64,000 nucleotides of DNA, taken from NCBI GenBank assembly GCA_041662665.1, contig JBAZSC010000001.1, positions 577,511 to 641,510 of the forward strand, read 5' to 3'. Positions 10,465 through 22,306 of the stretch are shown one piece after another. The stretch comes from Patescibacteria group bacterium (GTDB taxonomy: Bacteria > Patescibacteriota > JABMPQ01 > JAQVVF01). The position numbers and the translations under genes were made by a program. The stretch's first letter is position 1. Each line of letters starts with the position of its first letter. Below the pieces are notes generated by a model. The model was given only the letters and a program-made list of their open reading frames with translations. It had not been told where the DNA came from and did no database searches.

Positions 10465-11903
10465 CTATTTAAGATTAGCTTTAAAAATAATTTTATAACA
10501 TTTTTATCAATAACTTTAAACATATATATTAAAACAGAATAGACGATAGCGCTTAAAATTATTACAACAAAAAGATTCAAATTCAACACAAAATAAACAA
10601 AAACACCCATAATAGCAGTACACACAACTATCTTCAAAACACTTAAAATAGTAAATCTTGATATTTTAAAATTGTATTTATGACTAAAACAAAGTAGTAA
10701 AATAAATGCTAATATTTCTGATAAAACAGTTGTGAAGCTTGCACCAGCAGCTCCATACTTTGGAATAATAAACACGTTGGCAACAATATTAAAAATTGCT
10801 GCAATAATGATTTGATAAGCTACTATTTTTTGTAAATTAACAACATTCATAAGATTGGCGATGGATACATTCAAGAACATAAATACTAAAGCCCAAATCA
10901 GAACTCTCAGTGAGGATGAAGCTGCAATAAACTTTTCGCCATAGATAAGCAAAATAAGTCTATCAGCTAGTAGAGCTGTTCCGACTCCTATTGGAAAAGC
11001 AAAAATCGCCAAAATCCTGATTGATATTTCAAACAATTTCATTAGTTGTTCTCGAGACGATACAAAAAGTTTTGACATTATCGGATATATCGATGTAATA
11101 ACAATTCCTTGTATAAAATTCAATGCAAAGATTAAATTATAAGCTGCATTATACAAGCCGACTTCGCTATCTCCTTTAAAAAATTTAAGCATTACGCTAT
11201 CAATACGATAATAAATTGTCACAAATATTACTGAGATACCAAACGGCAAAGCTAGCTTGATAATATTTAACCAATGTTTTTTTGCAAAAGTAAATCTAAT
11301 TTTTGCCTTAAAATAAAAAATATAAATCAATAATGACAGAAGAAATAGAACAATGCTAGAAGCGAGATAAAGAAAAGCAAAGTCTACAGCATTTGCATTA
11401 ACATCTATCCTGATCAAAAAGAAAGCACCTATCAAAATAACCAAAGTCGAAACAATTCTGCCAATTGAAACATACTGCATCTTATTAAATGCCTGAAAAA
11501 CTGAAGTTAAAATTAATGCAAACGAATTAATAATTGCTGTAATAAACAAAACAACAATTATAATATTTAAATCATGTCCGTAGTTTACAAAATATAAGAT
11601 TAATCCAGTGATTAAAGACGTGACAAGAATTAAAATTATTTTAATGAACAAAACATTATTAAAATAGGAATTCATCTTTGACTCGTTTTTAGAAATCTCG
11701 CGTATCAGAATTGCAGATAGTCCAAGATCTAATCCAATACCACAAATTTCAACAAAAGACATGCCAAACATTAGCATGCCGTAGTCATCAACTCCTAAAA
11801 ATCTAGCAGAAATTACTACATAAAAAAAATTGATAATCTTAGAAAGAATATCAGCTGTAAATAAAAACAAAACATTTTTTGTCGCAGTCTTTGCTATTTC
11901 CAT
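10461..11903 (-). CDS. Wzx/MOP-family polysaccharide flippase
   Basis: About 14 TM; ARFLGVDDYG, IYYRIDSVML, VGLYNAAY, IPKYGAAGA. Confidence 0.9.
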   Translation of the reverse strand: MEIAKTATKNVLFLFTADILSKIINFFYVVISARFLGVDDYGMLMFGMSFVEICGIGLDLGLSAILIREISKNESKMNSYFNNVLFIKIILILVTSLITGLILYFVNYGHDLNIIIVVLFITAIINSFALILTSVFQAFNKMQYVSIGRIVSTLVILIGAFFLIRIDVNANAVDFAFLYLASSIVLFLLSLLIYIFYFKAKIRFTFAKKHWLNIIKLALPFGISVIFVTIYYRIDSVMLKFFKGDSEVGLYNAAYNLIFALNFIQGIVITSIYPIMSKLFVSSREQLMKLFEISIRILAIFAFPIGVGTALLADRLILLIYGEKFIAASSSLRVLIWALVFMFLNVSIANLMNVVNLQKIVAYQIIIAAIFNIVANVFIIPKYGAAGASFTTVLSEILAFILLLCFSHKYNFKISRFTILSVLKIVVCTAIMGVFVYFVLNLNLFVVIILSAIVYSVLIYMFKVIDKNVIKLFLKLILNR

Positions 11904-11904
11904 G

Positions 11905-12833
11905 CTAATTATTTTTAATCCACCAATTCAAACTATCTTTCAAAGTCTTATCGATATTATATTTGAATTTAAAACCAAGTTTTCTAAACTTTTTATTGTC
12001 TCCTTTTAAATCCATAATATCAACTGGCCTAAACTTATTTTTATCAATAACAACCTTAACTTTCTTTCCAGACATTTTAATCATTTTTGAAAGCAAGCTC
12101 TTAATTACATAAGACTTGCCGGAACAAACATTATAGGTCTCATGGCTTTTTCCTTTTTCAAGTAAAATTCGATAAGCAGCGACAACATCTCGAACATCGC
12201 TAAAATCACGTTTTGCATCTAAATTACCGACAAAAATTTCAGGTTCTGATTTTTTCAACTTTATCTCTGCTAATTGCTTAGCAAATTCTGGAATAACAAA
12301 AATAGGTTGTTGGCCTGGCCCAGTATGATTAAAACTGCGTGAAACAATCCAATCTAGATTTTTATAATTTAATAATAATTTTTCTTGCTCAACTCTTGAT
12401 TTTGCATAAGGACTTTCCGGATGCAATTCAAAAGATTCTTTAAGAGGCAATACTTTTGGCTTGCCATAAACTTCAGCAGAAGTAATAACTAATATTTTAG
12501 GATTAATATTTAATTTAACAATTGCATCGAGCAAATTCTTAGTGCCTTCAACATTTATTTTTCTACATAATTCCGGTTTGTCCCAACTATCTTTAACAGA
12601 ACTAAAACCAGCAAGATGAAAAACAAAATCTGGCTTAATTTTATTTATAACTTGAAAAACATTTTTTTTATCCAACAAATCGCATTTTAAAATCTTACTA
12701 GTTACTAGTTCCTTATTACTTGTTCCAGTTCTGTCTATTCCAAAAACCTCATATTTATATTTTAGCAATTCTTTTGCCAAATATGGTCCGACAAATCCTG
12801 ATATTCCTGTTATTAAAGCTTTCTTTTTCATCA

Positions 12834-12834
<1 letters not shown>
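11905..12834 (-). CDS. rmd: GDP-4-keto-6-deoxymannose reductase-like extended SDR (Rmd-like)
   Basis: ITGISGFVG, SPYAKSR, RSFNHTGPGQ, VGNLDAKRDFSDVRDVV; adjacent to gmd. Confidence 0.75.
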
Positions 12835-15003
<2,169 letters not shown>

Positions 15004-15005
15004 AA

Positions 15006-15069
15006 TAGAATGCAGCAAGTAGTAAGTAGCAAGTAGTTCTTTCTACTTTCTACATTCTACTTTCTACTT
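15006..15069. repeat. Palindromic 7-mer tract (AAGTAGY units, then TTCTACT units)
   Basis: caagtagtaagtagcaagtag...ttctactttctacattctactttctact; overlaps the stop of 15057-15491. Confidence 0.8.
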
Positions 15070-15491
15070 AAACTTATATAATTCTTTACAACTATTATTG
15101 TTACCCCAATTAAAATAATTCCAAAAATTTCAATCATTACACTCAGCAGATTTATTTTTACACCAATCTTATTTACAAAAAATATCACTAACGGCACCAA
15201 AGCCAAAGATAAAGCAATAGATAAAATAATTCTTTCAACCCAATCAATACCGTCATTTTTTTCGTCAGAACTATTTATCAGCGTCGTATCAGCGTTAGTA
15301 TCAGCGTCAAATCCGCTTCTACGAAAAAAGACATAGCTCCACACAAAACCAGGAATAAATAAAACATAAATAATTCCAAATACCAATCTAAAAGAATTTG
15401 CAAAACCAAGCCAAATAGAAGATATTAAAGCAATGATTGACAAAATTGCTAGAAATATTAATATAAATTTAATGATTTGTTTTGGATCCAT
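15057..15491 (-). CDS. DUF1616-like small membrane protein
   Basis: FRLVFG...FIPGF...ERIILSIALSLALVPL pattern, 4 TM. Confidence 0.7.
   Translation of the reverse strand: MDPKQIIKFILIFLAILSIIALISSIWLGFANSFRLVFGIIYVLFIPGFVWSYVFFRRSGFDADTNADTTLINSSDEKNDGIDWVERIILSIALSLALVPLVIFFVNKIGVKINLLSVMIEIFGIILIGVTIIVVKNYISLSRK
15274..15322 (+). repeat. ATCAGCG-family four-unit element, in frame inside CDS
   Basis: tttatcagcgtcgtatcagcgttagtatcagcgtcaaatccgcttctac; read on the minus strand as RSGFDADTNADTTLIN. Confidence 0.85.
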
Positions 15492-15561
15492 GTATTTAGA
15501 TTATCTTCTTTATTTTAACCTAAAAATAAAAAAAATCAAGGAATTATCTACAGTTTGATAC

Positions 15562-15590
15562 TTGCAAATAATTATACTACAAGCTACAAT
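15562..15590 (+). promoter_or_regulatory. Putative sigma70 promoter of cysD
   Basis: TTGCAA-17 bp-TACAAT in the divergent intergenic region. Confidence 0.55.
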
Positions 15591-15641
15591 TAGAGTGTTG
15601 AAATTATATTTTATTTTTTAGAAACTTAAATTATTAAAAAT

Positions 15642-16445
15642 ATGACACATTTAGACAATCTAGAAGCAAAAAGTATTTACATTATTAGAGAAGCTTACAA
15701 GCAATATCATGACATTGCTCAACTTTGGTCAATTGGTAAAGATTCAACAACATTATTATGGCTTTGTCGAAAAGCATTTTATGGTCACTTACCATTTCCA
15801 GTTATGCATATTGATACTAGCTTTAAATTTAAAGAAATCTATCAATTCCGCGATGAATATACAAAAAAATGGAATTTAAAATTGATTGTTCATAGGAATG
15901 AAGAAGCCTTAAAAGCTGGAATGAATCCAAAGACAAAAGACAAACTTGAATGTTGTGGTCAATTAAAAACAGAAGCTCTAAAACAAGGAATTGCTCAATA
16001 CAAATTCAAAGCTTTATTATTAGGCATCAGACGCGATGAACATGGCATCAGAGCAAAAGAAAGAGTTTTTTCGCCACGAAATCAACAATTTCAATGGAAC
16101 TACAAAGATCAGCCAGCAGAATTATGGGATCAATATAAATCAAAACAAGCATCTGAACAACACATTCGCGTACATCCGCTTTTAGATTGGACAGAAAAAG
16201 ATATTTGGGCATATGTAGAAAGAGAAAATATTCCAATCGTTGATTTATATTTTGCAAAAAATGGCAAAAGATTCAGATCAATTGGCTGTGAAACATGTTG
16301 TGGTCCTGTTGATTCTAATGCATGCAATGTTCATCAAGTTGTTGAAGAATTAGAAACAACAAAGGTTGCTGAAAGATCAGGCAGAGCACAAGATAAAGAA
16401 AGTGTTTATGTGATGAATAAATTGAGAGCACTTGGTTATATGTAG
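15642..16445 (+). CDS. cysD: Sulfate adenylyltransferase subunit 2
   Basis: LEAKSIYIIREA, WSIGKDS, HIDTSFKF, RRDEHGIRAKERVFSPR, ERSGRAQD; ends KLRALGYM. Confidence 0.95.
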   Translation: MTHLDNLEAKSIYIIREAYKQYHDIAQLWSIGKDSTTLLWLCRKAFYGHLPFPVMHIDTSFKFKEIYQFRDEYTKKWNLKLIVHRNEEALKAGMNPKTKDKLECCGQLKTEALKQGIAQYKFKALLLGIRRDEHGIRAKERVFSPRNQQFQWNYKDQPAELWDQYKSKQASEQHIRVHPLLDWTEKDIWAYVERENIPIVDLYFAKNGKRFRSIGCETCCGPVDSNACNVHQVVEELETTKVAERSGRAQDKESVYVMNKLRALGYM

Positions 16446-16452
16446 TCTTTAT

Positions 16453-16562
16453 AAAGATACAAGAAACAAGATACAAACAATTTCCAATATCCAAATTAAA
16501 ATAACCAAACGCGACGAGTTTGAATATTGGTTATTGAAATTTGTTTGTATCTTGTATCTTGA
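16453..16562. repeat. Long imperfect inverted repeat built from 7-mers (AAGATAC/CAATATC), between cysD and cysN
   Basis: aagatacaagaaacaagatacaaacaatttccaata... pairs with ...tattgaaatttgtttgtatcttgtatcttg. Confidence 0.85.
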
Positions 16563-16585
16563 TTATTTATTTAATTAAAAAAAAT

Positions 16586-17827
16586 ATGTTAGAAAAGCAA
16601 TATTTGAAATTGGTCATAACTGGTCACGTTGATCATGGTAAATCAACTTTAATTGGTCGTTTGCTTTATGATACCGGTGCTGTTCCAGAAGACAAAGTTG
16701 CCGAAGTAAAGCAAGTTTGTGAATCTTTGGGCAGAGAAATGGAATTTGGTTTTATTACCGACCATTTTCAAGAAGAAAGAGAGCAAGGAATCACAATTGA
16801 TACAACTCAAATATTCTTCAAAACAGAAAAAAGAGAATATGTCATCATTGATGCTCCTGGTCACAAAGAATTTTTGAAAAACATGATTACTGGCGCTTCA
16901 CAAGCTGAAGCAGCTATTTTGATTGTTGATGCCAGCGAAGGCGTTCAAGAGCAAACAAAACGCCATGCTTATGTTTTAAGTATGCTTGGTATTCAACAAG
17001 TTATTGTTGCCGTAAATAAAATGGATTTAGTTGAATATAAATTAGATAGATTCAATGAAGTTGTCCAAGAATTAAAAACATTCTTATCTTCAATTAATTT
17101 AAAACCAACTTATATCATTCCAGTTTCAGCAAACAAGGGTGAAAACATTGCCAAAAGATCAACAAGCATGAAATGGTACAACGAAAAAACAATTTTGGAA
17201 GCTTTAGACAGCTTTACTCCGCTTAAAGATAAAGCAAATGAAACTTTACGTTTTCCAATTCAAGACGTTTACAAAGTAGGTGATAAGAGAGTTTTGGTTG
17301 GCAGGTTAGAATCAGGTTCAATCAAGCAAGGTGATAAAATAATCATGTTGCCATCAAATAATGAGTCAGAAGTCACATCCATTGAAGAATTTGGCAATCC
17401 AAATAAAAAAGAAGCTCATGCAGGCGAAAGCATCGGCATTACAATCAAAGATGATCCTTTTATTGAAAGAGGAGAAATAATTTGCAAAAAAGAAGAAGCA
17501 CCACAAGTTTCTGATACAATCAAAGCAAATGTTTTTTGGATGTCAAAACAAGGCTATAAAAAAGGCCAAAAAATAGTTTTCAGATCAGTTACTCAAGAAG
17601 TTCCAGGAACAATTTCAATAATTAATAAAAGAGTAAATTCATCAACATTAGAAACCTTAGAAGAAAATGCACCAGTAATTAATAATACTGAAGTTGGCGA
17701 AGTTACAATAAAATTAGAAAAACCAATTGTAATAGACGCTTTTTCCAAAGTCCAAGAAACAGGACGTTTCGTTCTTGCTGATCAATATGATACTGTGGCT
17801 GGAGGAATTATTCCAGATATTAAATAA
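16586..17827 (+). CDS. cysN: Sulfate adenylyltransferase subunit 1 (GTPase), no fused APS kinase
   Basis: GHVDHGKST, EREQGITID, DAPGH, NKMD, ETGRFVL...TVAGG; follows cysD; ATG 16586. Confidence 0.9.
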   Translation: MLEKQYLKLVITGHVDHGKSTLIGRLLYDTGAVPEDKVAEVKQVCESLGREMEFGFITDHFQEEREQGITIDTTQIFFKTEKREYVIIDAPGHKEFLKNMITGASQAEAAILIVDASEGVQEQTKRHAYVLSMLGIQQVIVAVNKMDLVEYKLDRFNEVVQELKTFLSSINLKPTYIIPVSANKGENIAKRSTSMKWYNEKTILEALDSFTPLKDKANETLRFPIQDVYKVGDKRVLVGRLESGSIKQGDKIIMLPSNNESEVTSIEEFGNPNKKEAHAGESIGITIKDDPFIERGEIICKKEEAPQVSDTIKANVFWMSKQGYKKGQKIVFRSVTQEVPGTISIINKRVNSSTLETLEENAPVINNTEVGEVTIKLEKPIVIDAFSKVQETGRFVLADQYDTVAGGIIPDIK

Positions 17828-17833
17828 TTTTAC

Positions 17834-17942
17834 GAGAATCTAGAATTTAGAATCTTGAATCTTGAATCGAATTTAGAATGTAGAATTCTAAATTCCAAAT
17901 TCTTCATTCATTCTAGAATCTAGATTCCAGATTCTAAATTCT
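17834..17942. repeat. Palindromic 7-mer tract (TAGAATY units, then RATTCYA units)
   Basis: gagaatctagaatttagaatcttgaatcttgaatc...attctagaatctagattccagattctaaattc. Confidence 0.85.
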
Positions 17943-17943
17943 T

Positions 17944-18657
17944 ATGTTTATAATTCTAGGTTACGATGGTTTGGAATACGATTTTGTCGAAAAAAACAAT
18001 TTTCCAAATCTCAAACAACAATCACATGGCATGACAGATTTGTCCGAATTTAAAGAACCAAGAACAATTGTTATTTGGTCATCTTTTATGGTTGGCAAAA
18101 ATTTAGAAGCAGACATCTTGAAGCAAGGCGCCAAAATGTGGGGTTCAAAAATCAAACCAGAAGATACTTTTTTAAAAAATTTCAAAAGCCATTACACAAT
18201 TGATGTTCCAGGATTTTCCTATGTCCTAAAACAACATGAAACAGAACGCGATTTGCTAAAAGGCTTTTTTGACAAAAAAAATGGAATTAAAGAATTTGAT
18301 AAATGCGCCTTTGACCATCACAAATTTGTTAAAGAACAATTTTTTAAAGAATTAAAGACTAATAAAGATTTAGTTTTTGGCTATTTTAATTTAGCTGATG
18401 TTGTTGGCCACTTGAGTTTCGGACAAGAATTAAAGATGAAATTAATCTATCAAGAATTAAATGATATTGCCAAAAAAGTCCAAACAGAACACCCAGATGC
18501 AACTATATTAATCATTTCTGATCATGGTATGCAAGCCATTGGCCAATTTGGCGATCATTCAAGACATGGTTTTTGGTCATTAAACAAGCAAATTAGTTTA
18601 AATAACCCAAAACCAACTGACTTCGCTAATTTGATATCTCAAAATTTTCAAATTTAA
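17944..18657 (+). CDS. Compact alkaline phosphatase superfamily protein (nucleotide pyrophosphatase/phosphodiesterase-like)
   Basis: LGYDGLE (metal Asp), PRTIVIWSS (probable Thr nucleophile), ADVVGH, ISDHGM, GDHS. Confidence 0.8.
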   Translation: MFIILGYDGLEYDFVEKNNFPNLKQQSHGMTDLSEFKEPRTIVIWSSFMVGKNLEADILKQGAKMWGSKIKPEDTFLKNFKSHYTIDVPGFSYVLKQHETERDLLKGFFDKKNGIKEFDKCAFDHHKFVKEQFFKELKTNKDLVFGYFNLADVVGHLSFGQELKMKLIYQELNDIAKKVQTEHPDATILIISDHGMQAIGQFGDHSRHGFWSLNKQISLNNPKPTDFANLISQNFQI

Positions 18658-18672
18658 GACTTAAAATATTTC

Positions 18673-18701
18673 TTGTCAAAAGCAGGAACATAAGTTAAAA
18701 T
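18673..18701 (+). promoter_or_regulatory. Putative sigma70 promoter
   Basis: TTGTCA-17 bp-TAAAAT upstream of 18726. Confidence 0.45.
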
Positions 18702-18725
18702 TAATACATAAAGAACAAACAAATC

Positions 18726-20495
18726 ATGAAAAAATTTGTTATTTTTTGTATAACGATCTTTACTTTATTCCAAACAAGTAATTTTGTTTTTGCTGAATCA
18801 ATTATTGTCACTGGTATAAAACAAAATGAGTTACAGCCAATCAGAACTTATAGTTTGAATACAGGTAATAAAATTAAAGAATTTTATCCATATGGAAAAT
18901 ATTTTTCTGGTGGCATTAATATTGCTGTAGGTGATCTAACTGGTGATAATAAAGATGAAATCGTTGTCTCACCAAAAAGCTCATGGCAACCAGAAATTAG
19001 AGTCTACACAAAAAGAGGAAAACTCCTTTCAAAGTTTTTAGCTTATGGAAAAAGTTTCAAAAACGGCATCGATATTGCAGTTGGCGATACAAACAATGAT
19101 GGCAAAAAAGAAATTATTACTGCTCCTGGCATACATAGCGATCCGATATTAAGCATTTTTAATTATAAAGGTAAAAAAATAATGCCAGATATTTTGGCAT
19201 TTCCAACAAATTTCAATAGAGGATTAAGTGTTGCTACAGGAGATATAAATTCTGACAGCAAAGACGAAATTATTGTTACAACTAATTCTGGCCAAGCGCC
19301 ATATGTAGAAATTTATAATGACCAAGCAAAAAAAATCGGACAATTTCTAATCTTTGACCAAGAATTCAGAGGCGGAGTAAATATTGCAGCAGGAGATATG
19401 AATAACGACAGTTACGATGAAATTGCTGCTTGCCAAGCATCACAAGGCACAGCATGCAAAATCTTTCGTTTTGGTTTCAAAACAAATGCTGTAAAAGAAT
19501 TGAGTGTTGTCAAATATCCAACGAATATTATTCCAAATTTCGGCAATGTTAATTCAGACAATAATAAAGAATTATTAATCTCTGATAGCAAAAAACCAAT
19601 TTTAAGTAGTTATAGCTTGGCTTTAAATTCAAGAACAACATTAAAATTAGCAAATGAAAACGTTCATTCAGAAATAGCTTTTATTCCTGATAATACTTTC
19701 AATTTTGTTGTCTATGGTGATACTCAACAAGTAGATCGTACAAATCATTTAAGAATAATCGAAGGAATTAACAACCAAAAATACGATTTTGCCTTTCATG
19801 TTGGCGATTTTACCCAAGATGATTCTGTTAATGAATGGGAAGTGTTTCAAAGACTGGAAAGCTCTATCATCAATAAAACACCCAAAAAAGGATTAAGCTC
19901 TGCTTTTTTTCCTGTCATTGGAAATCACGAATATGCATTAGATAATTATTTTACTCTTTTTAATACTTATCCAAAAAATCAATCATATTATTCATTTGAT
20001 TATAAAAATGCCCATTTCGTAGTACTAGATACCGAAACTGATTTTTCTATGGGCAGTACTCAATATGATTGGTTAAATTCTGATTTAGCCCTAACAAACA
20101 AAACCTGGAAAATTGTTTTATTGCATCGTCCTCCATACAATTCAAATTATAAATACAATTATTTTCATCCCAATGTAGATGTTAAAAATGATATTGTTCC
20201 AATATTAGAGCAATATAAAGTTAATATAGTCTTTGGCGGACATTCTCATATTTATGAACGGACTTATCCGATTTTTCAAGATCAAGCAAATTTTGTTAAT
20301 GGAATCACATATGTTATAACTGCTGTCGCTGATTCAAATCCAATTATGCCAAATTGGTGGACAGCAAAAAGCAAATCAGAATCATCATTTGTTAAAATTC
20401 AATTACGTGATAACATACTGAAAGGATACGCATATAACGAAATGCAAGGCTCGATAGACAAATTCGCAATCAATTCTAACTTATCAAATTTATAA
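18726..20495 (+). CDS. Secreted FG-GAP repeat protein with C-terminal metallophosphoesterase
   Basis: Signal peptide; repeats of GDxxGDxxDEI type; YGDTQ, HVGD, IGNHE, GHSHIYER. Confidence 0.88.
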   Translation: MKKFVIFCITIFTLFQTSNFVFAESIIVTGIKQNELQPIRTYSLNTGNKIKEFYPYGKYFSGGINIAVGDLTGDNKDEIVVSPKSSWQPEIRVYTKRGKLLSKFLAYGKSFKNGIDIAVGDTNNDGKKEIITAPGIHSDPILSIFNYKGKKIMPDILAFPTNFNRGLSVATGDINSDSKDEIIVTTNSGQAPYVEIYNDQAKKIGQFLIFDQEFRGGVNIAAGDMNNDSYDEIAACQASQGTACKIFRFGFKTNAVKELSVVKYPTNIIPNFGNVNSDNNKELLISDSKKPILSSYSLALNSRTTLKLANENVHSEIAFIPDNTFNFVVYGDTQQVDRTNHLRIIEGINNQKYDFAFHVGDFTQDDSVNEWEVFQRLESSIINKTPKKGLSSAFFPVIGNHEYALDNYFTLFNTYPKNQSYYSFDYKNAHFVVLDTETDFSMGSTQYDWLNSDLALTNKTWKIVLLHRPPYNSNYKYNYFHPNVDVKNDIVPILEQYKVNIVFGGHSHIYERTYPIFQDQANFVNGITYVITAVADSNPIMPNWWTAKSKSESSFVKIQLRDNILKGYAYNEMQGSIDKFAINSNLSNL

Positions 20496-20542
20496 TAATT
20501 CAGTTTTTCTTCGCAACTTATTAAACTTATATTTATTAAGTA

Positions 20543-20707
20543 ATGCCAAGAAAGCTAAACAAAATAATGTGTGATTGTACAAAATGCGATTGCGGATGCA
20601 ATTGCGAACATGATGAAGAAGAAAAAAAAGATGATCAAAAAGAATATACGAATGATGAAGAAAAAATGATCAAGGACAAATTAAAAGGTCTAGGTTATCT
20701 TGACTAA
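20543..20707 (+). CDS. Unannotated 54-aa Cys-rich/acidic microprotein with C-terminal LGY motif
   Basis: Translated by hand: MPRKLNKIMCDCTKCDCGCNCEHDEEEKKDDQKEYTNDEEKMIKDKLKGLGYLD*; absent from the ORF track. Confidence 0.75.
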   Translation: MPRKLNKIMCDCTKCDCGCNCEHDEEEKKDDQKEYTNDEEKMIKDKLKGLGYLD

Positions 20708-20712
20708 AAAAT

Positions 20713-20790
20713 CTCAAATTTACACAAATTTAGCACGAATTACACAAATATTAGTTCGTGAAATTTGTGTTTAATTTGTGTAAATTAGCG
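20713..20790. repeat. Palindromic tract (CACRAATT units, then AATTTGTG units)
   Basis: tacacaaatttagcacgaattacacaaata...ttcgtgaaatttgtgtttaatttgtgtaaatt. Confidence 0.8.
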
Positions 20791-20795
20791 ATTCT

Positions 20796-22241
20796 ATGTT
20801 TAAAAGGTTATTATTTGATACAATGTTTGCCTTATCAGCAAATACAATCTTCAAAGTATTGAATGCAATCATTGTTATCGTTCTAGCAAACTATTTAGGA
20901 CCTGATAAATACGGCATCTATTCAACAGCCATTGCTTTCATTGGTATTTTTTTAGTCTTCAGCGATATGGGCTTAAGAATGCTTTTAATTCAAGAAGGCT
21001 CTAAAGATATCAAAAAAGCGCCAGTTTATTTTGGCAATGCAATAATATTTCAGTCAATTCTAACTGTTTTAGTCATTCCGATTCTATTTATTACTTCAAA
21101 ATTATTTGGCTATTCACACATTACAGTTATCTTGATATTGGTTTTAGGTCCAGCTTTATTTCTGATTGAACAATCTCGAGTCAGTTGGGCAGTTTTAAGA
21201 TTAAAAAATATTAATAATAGCGTTTCAATTTCTGAAGTCTTGCAAGGTTTTGCATCATTAGGCGCAATATTTTTTATCACAAAACTTTCCGATACTCCTA
21301 CAAATCAAACTCTATTTTATATTGCCATTTCACAACTTGTTATAAATTTTGTTTATTTTATAGTTTTATTTATCTATGCCTCAAAAGCTGTTTTTAAGCC
21401 AGAATTTGCTTTAAAAGCTTTAAAAGGCATGCTGAAAAAATCATATATTTTTGCCTTGTCAGAATTATTTTTCACTGTTTATTTTCAAGTCGATCAAATC
21501 GTAATATCAATCATAAAAAATGCTCAAGACGTTGGTTTTTATTCCGCACCATTTAAAGTCATTATTTTCTTTCTTTTTATTCCAAGAATTTTAGTTAGAA
21601 TTTCACGTCCATTCATGTACAAACTGTTTTATGGAGGAATGGACAAATACAAAAGAATAAATATTTTTTTTCATCGATATTATTCAGCAATTGGCATTCC
21701 ATTAGGCATTCTAACTATTTTGCTAGCTCAACCAATCATTTTGTTTTTGTTTAAAGAAAAATATTCAGCTTCAATTCCTGTTTTAAAAGTTTTTGGCTGG
21801 TTTATAATGTTTTATTTTATCTCAGTTGCATCTTCACAATCTTTAACAACATTATTAAAACAAAAAACATTAACCAAAATTCAAGCGACAACAGTTATAT
21901 TAAATCTTATTTTAGATATTATTTTTGTTTGTTATTTTGGCTTCGTCGGTGCTGCTTATGCCACATTAATTGTCCAAATCATCGCATCATGTCTATTCAT
22001 TTATTTTGATGCAAAATATATGCAAGAAAAAATAATAAACATAATAAAACCGCTATTTTCAATAATAGCGGCGGGAATCGGTATGGCAATTTTTACCTAT
22101 TTATTACGTAATACAGTAGAATTTATACTCTTAGGAATAATGTCTTGTTTCGTTTATATTTTATTTCTTTATATTTTCAGATTTTTCAACGAATATGATA
22201 TTAAATTATATCAACAAATAATTAAGAAAAAACATAATTAA
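20796..22241 (+). CDS. Wzx/MOP-family flippase
   Basis: ANYLGPDKYG, SDMGL, YFQVDQIVI, VGFYSAP, FGFVGAAYAT. Confidence 0.88.
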   Translation: MFKRLLFDTMFALSANTIFKVLNAIIVIVLANYLGPDKYGIYSTAIAFIGIFLVFSDMGLRMLLIQEGSKDIKKAPVYFGNAIIFQSILTVLVIPILFITSKLFGYSHITVILILVLGPALFLIEQSRVSWAVLRLKNINNSVSISEVLQGFASLGAIFFITKLSDTPTNQTLFYIAISQLVINFVYFIVLFIYASKAVFKPEFALKALKGMLKKSYIFALSELFFTVYFQVDQIVISIIKNAQDVGFYSAPFKVIIFFLFIPRILVRISRPFMYKLFYGGMDKYKRINIFFHRYYSAIGIPLGILTILLAQPIILFLFKEKYSASIPVLKVFGWFIMFYFISVASSQSLTTLLKQKTLTKIQATTVILNLILDIIFVCYFGFVGAAYATLIVQIIASCLFIYFDAKYMQEKIINIIKPLFSIIAAGIGMAIFTYLLRNTVEFILLGIMSCFVYILFLYIFRFFNEYDIKLYQQIIKKKHN

Positions 22242-22306
22242 TTTTGACAATATCTCGATATCATAATATCCGTAATATTAACCAATTTAAAATAACAAAC
22301 CTAAAA

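Noticed and set aside
16586-17827. EF-Tu/EF-1A/SelB call for the GTPase with GHVDHGKST
   Set aside because: Position after cysD and the C-terminal GRFVL...TVAGG pattern fit CysN better
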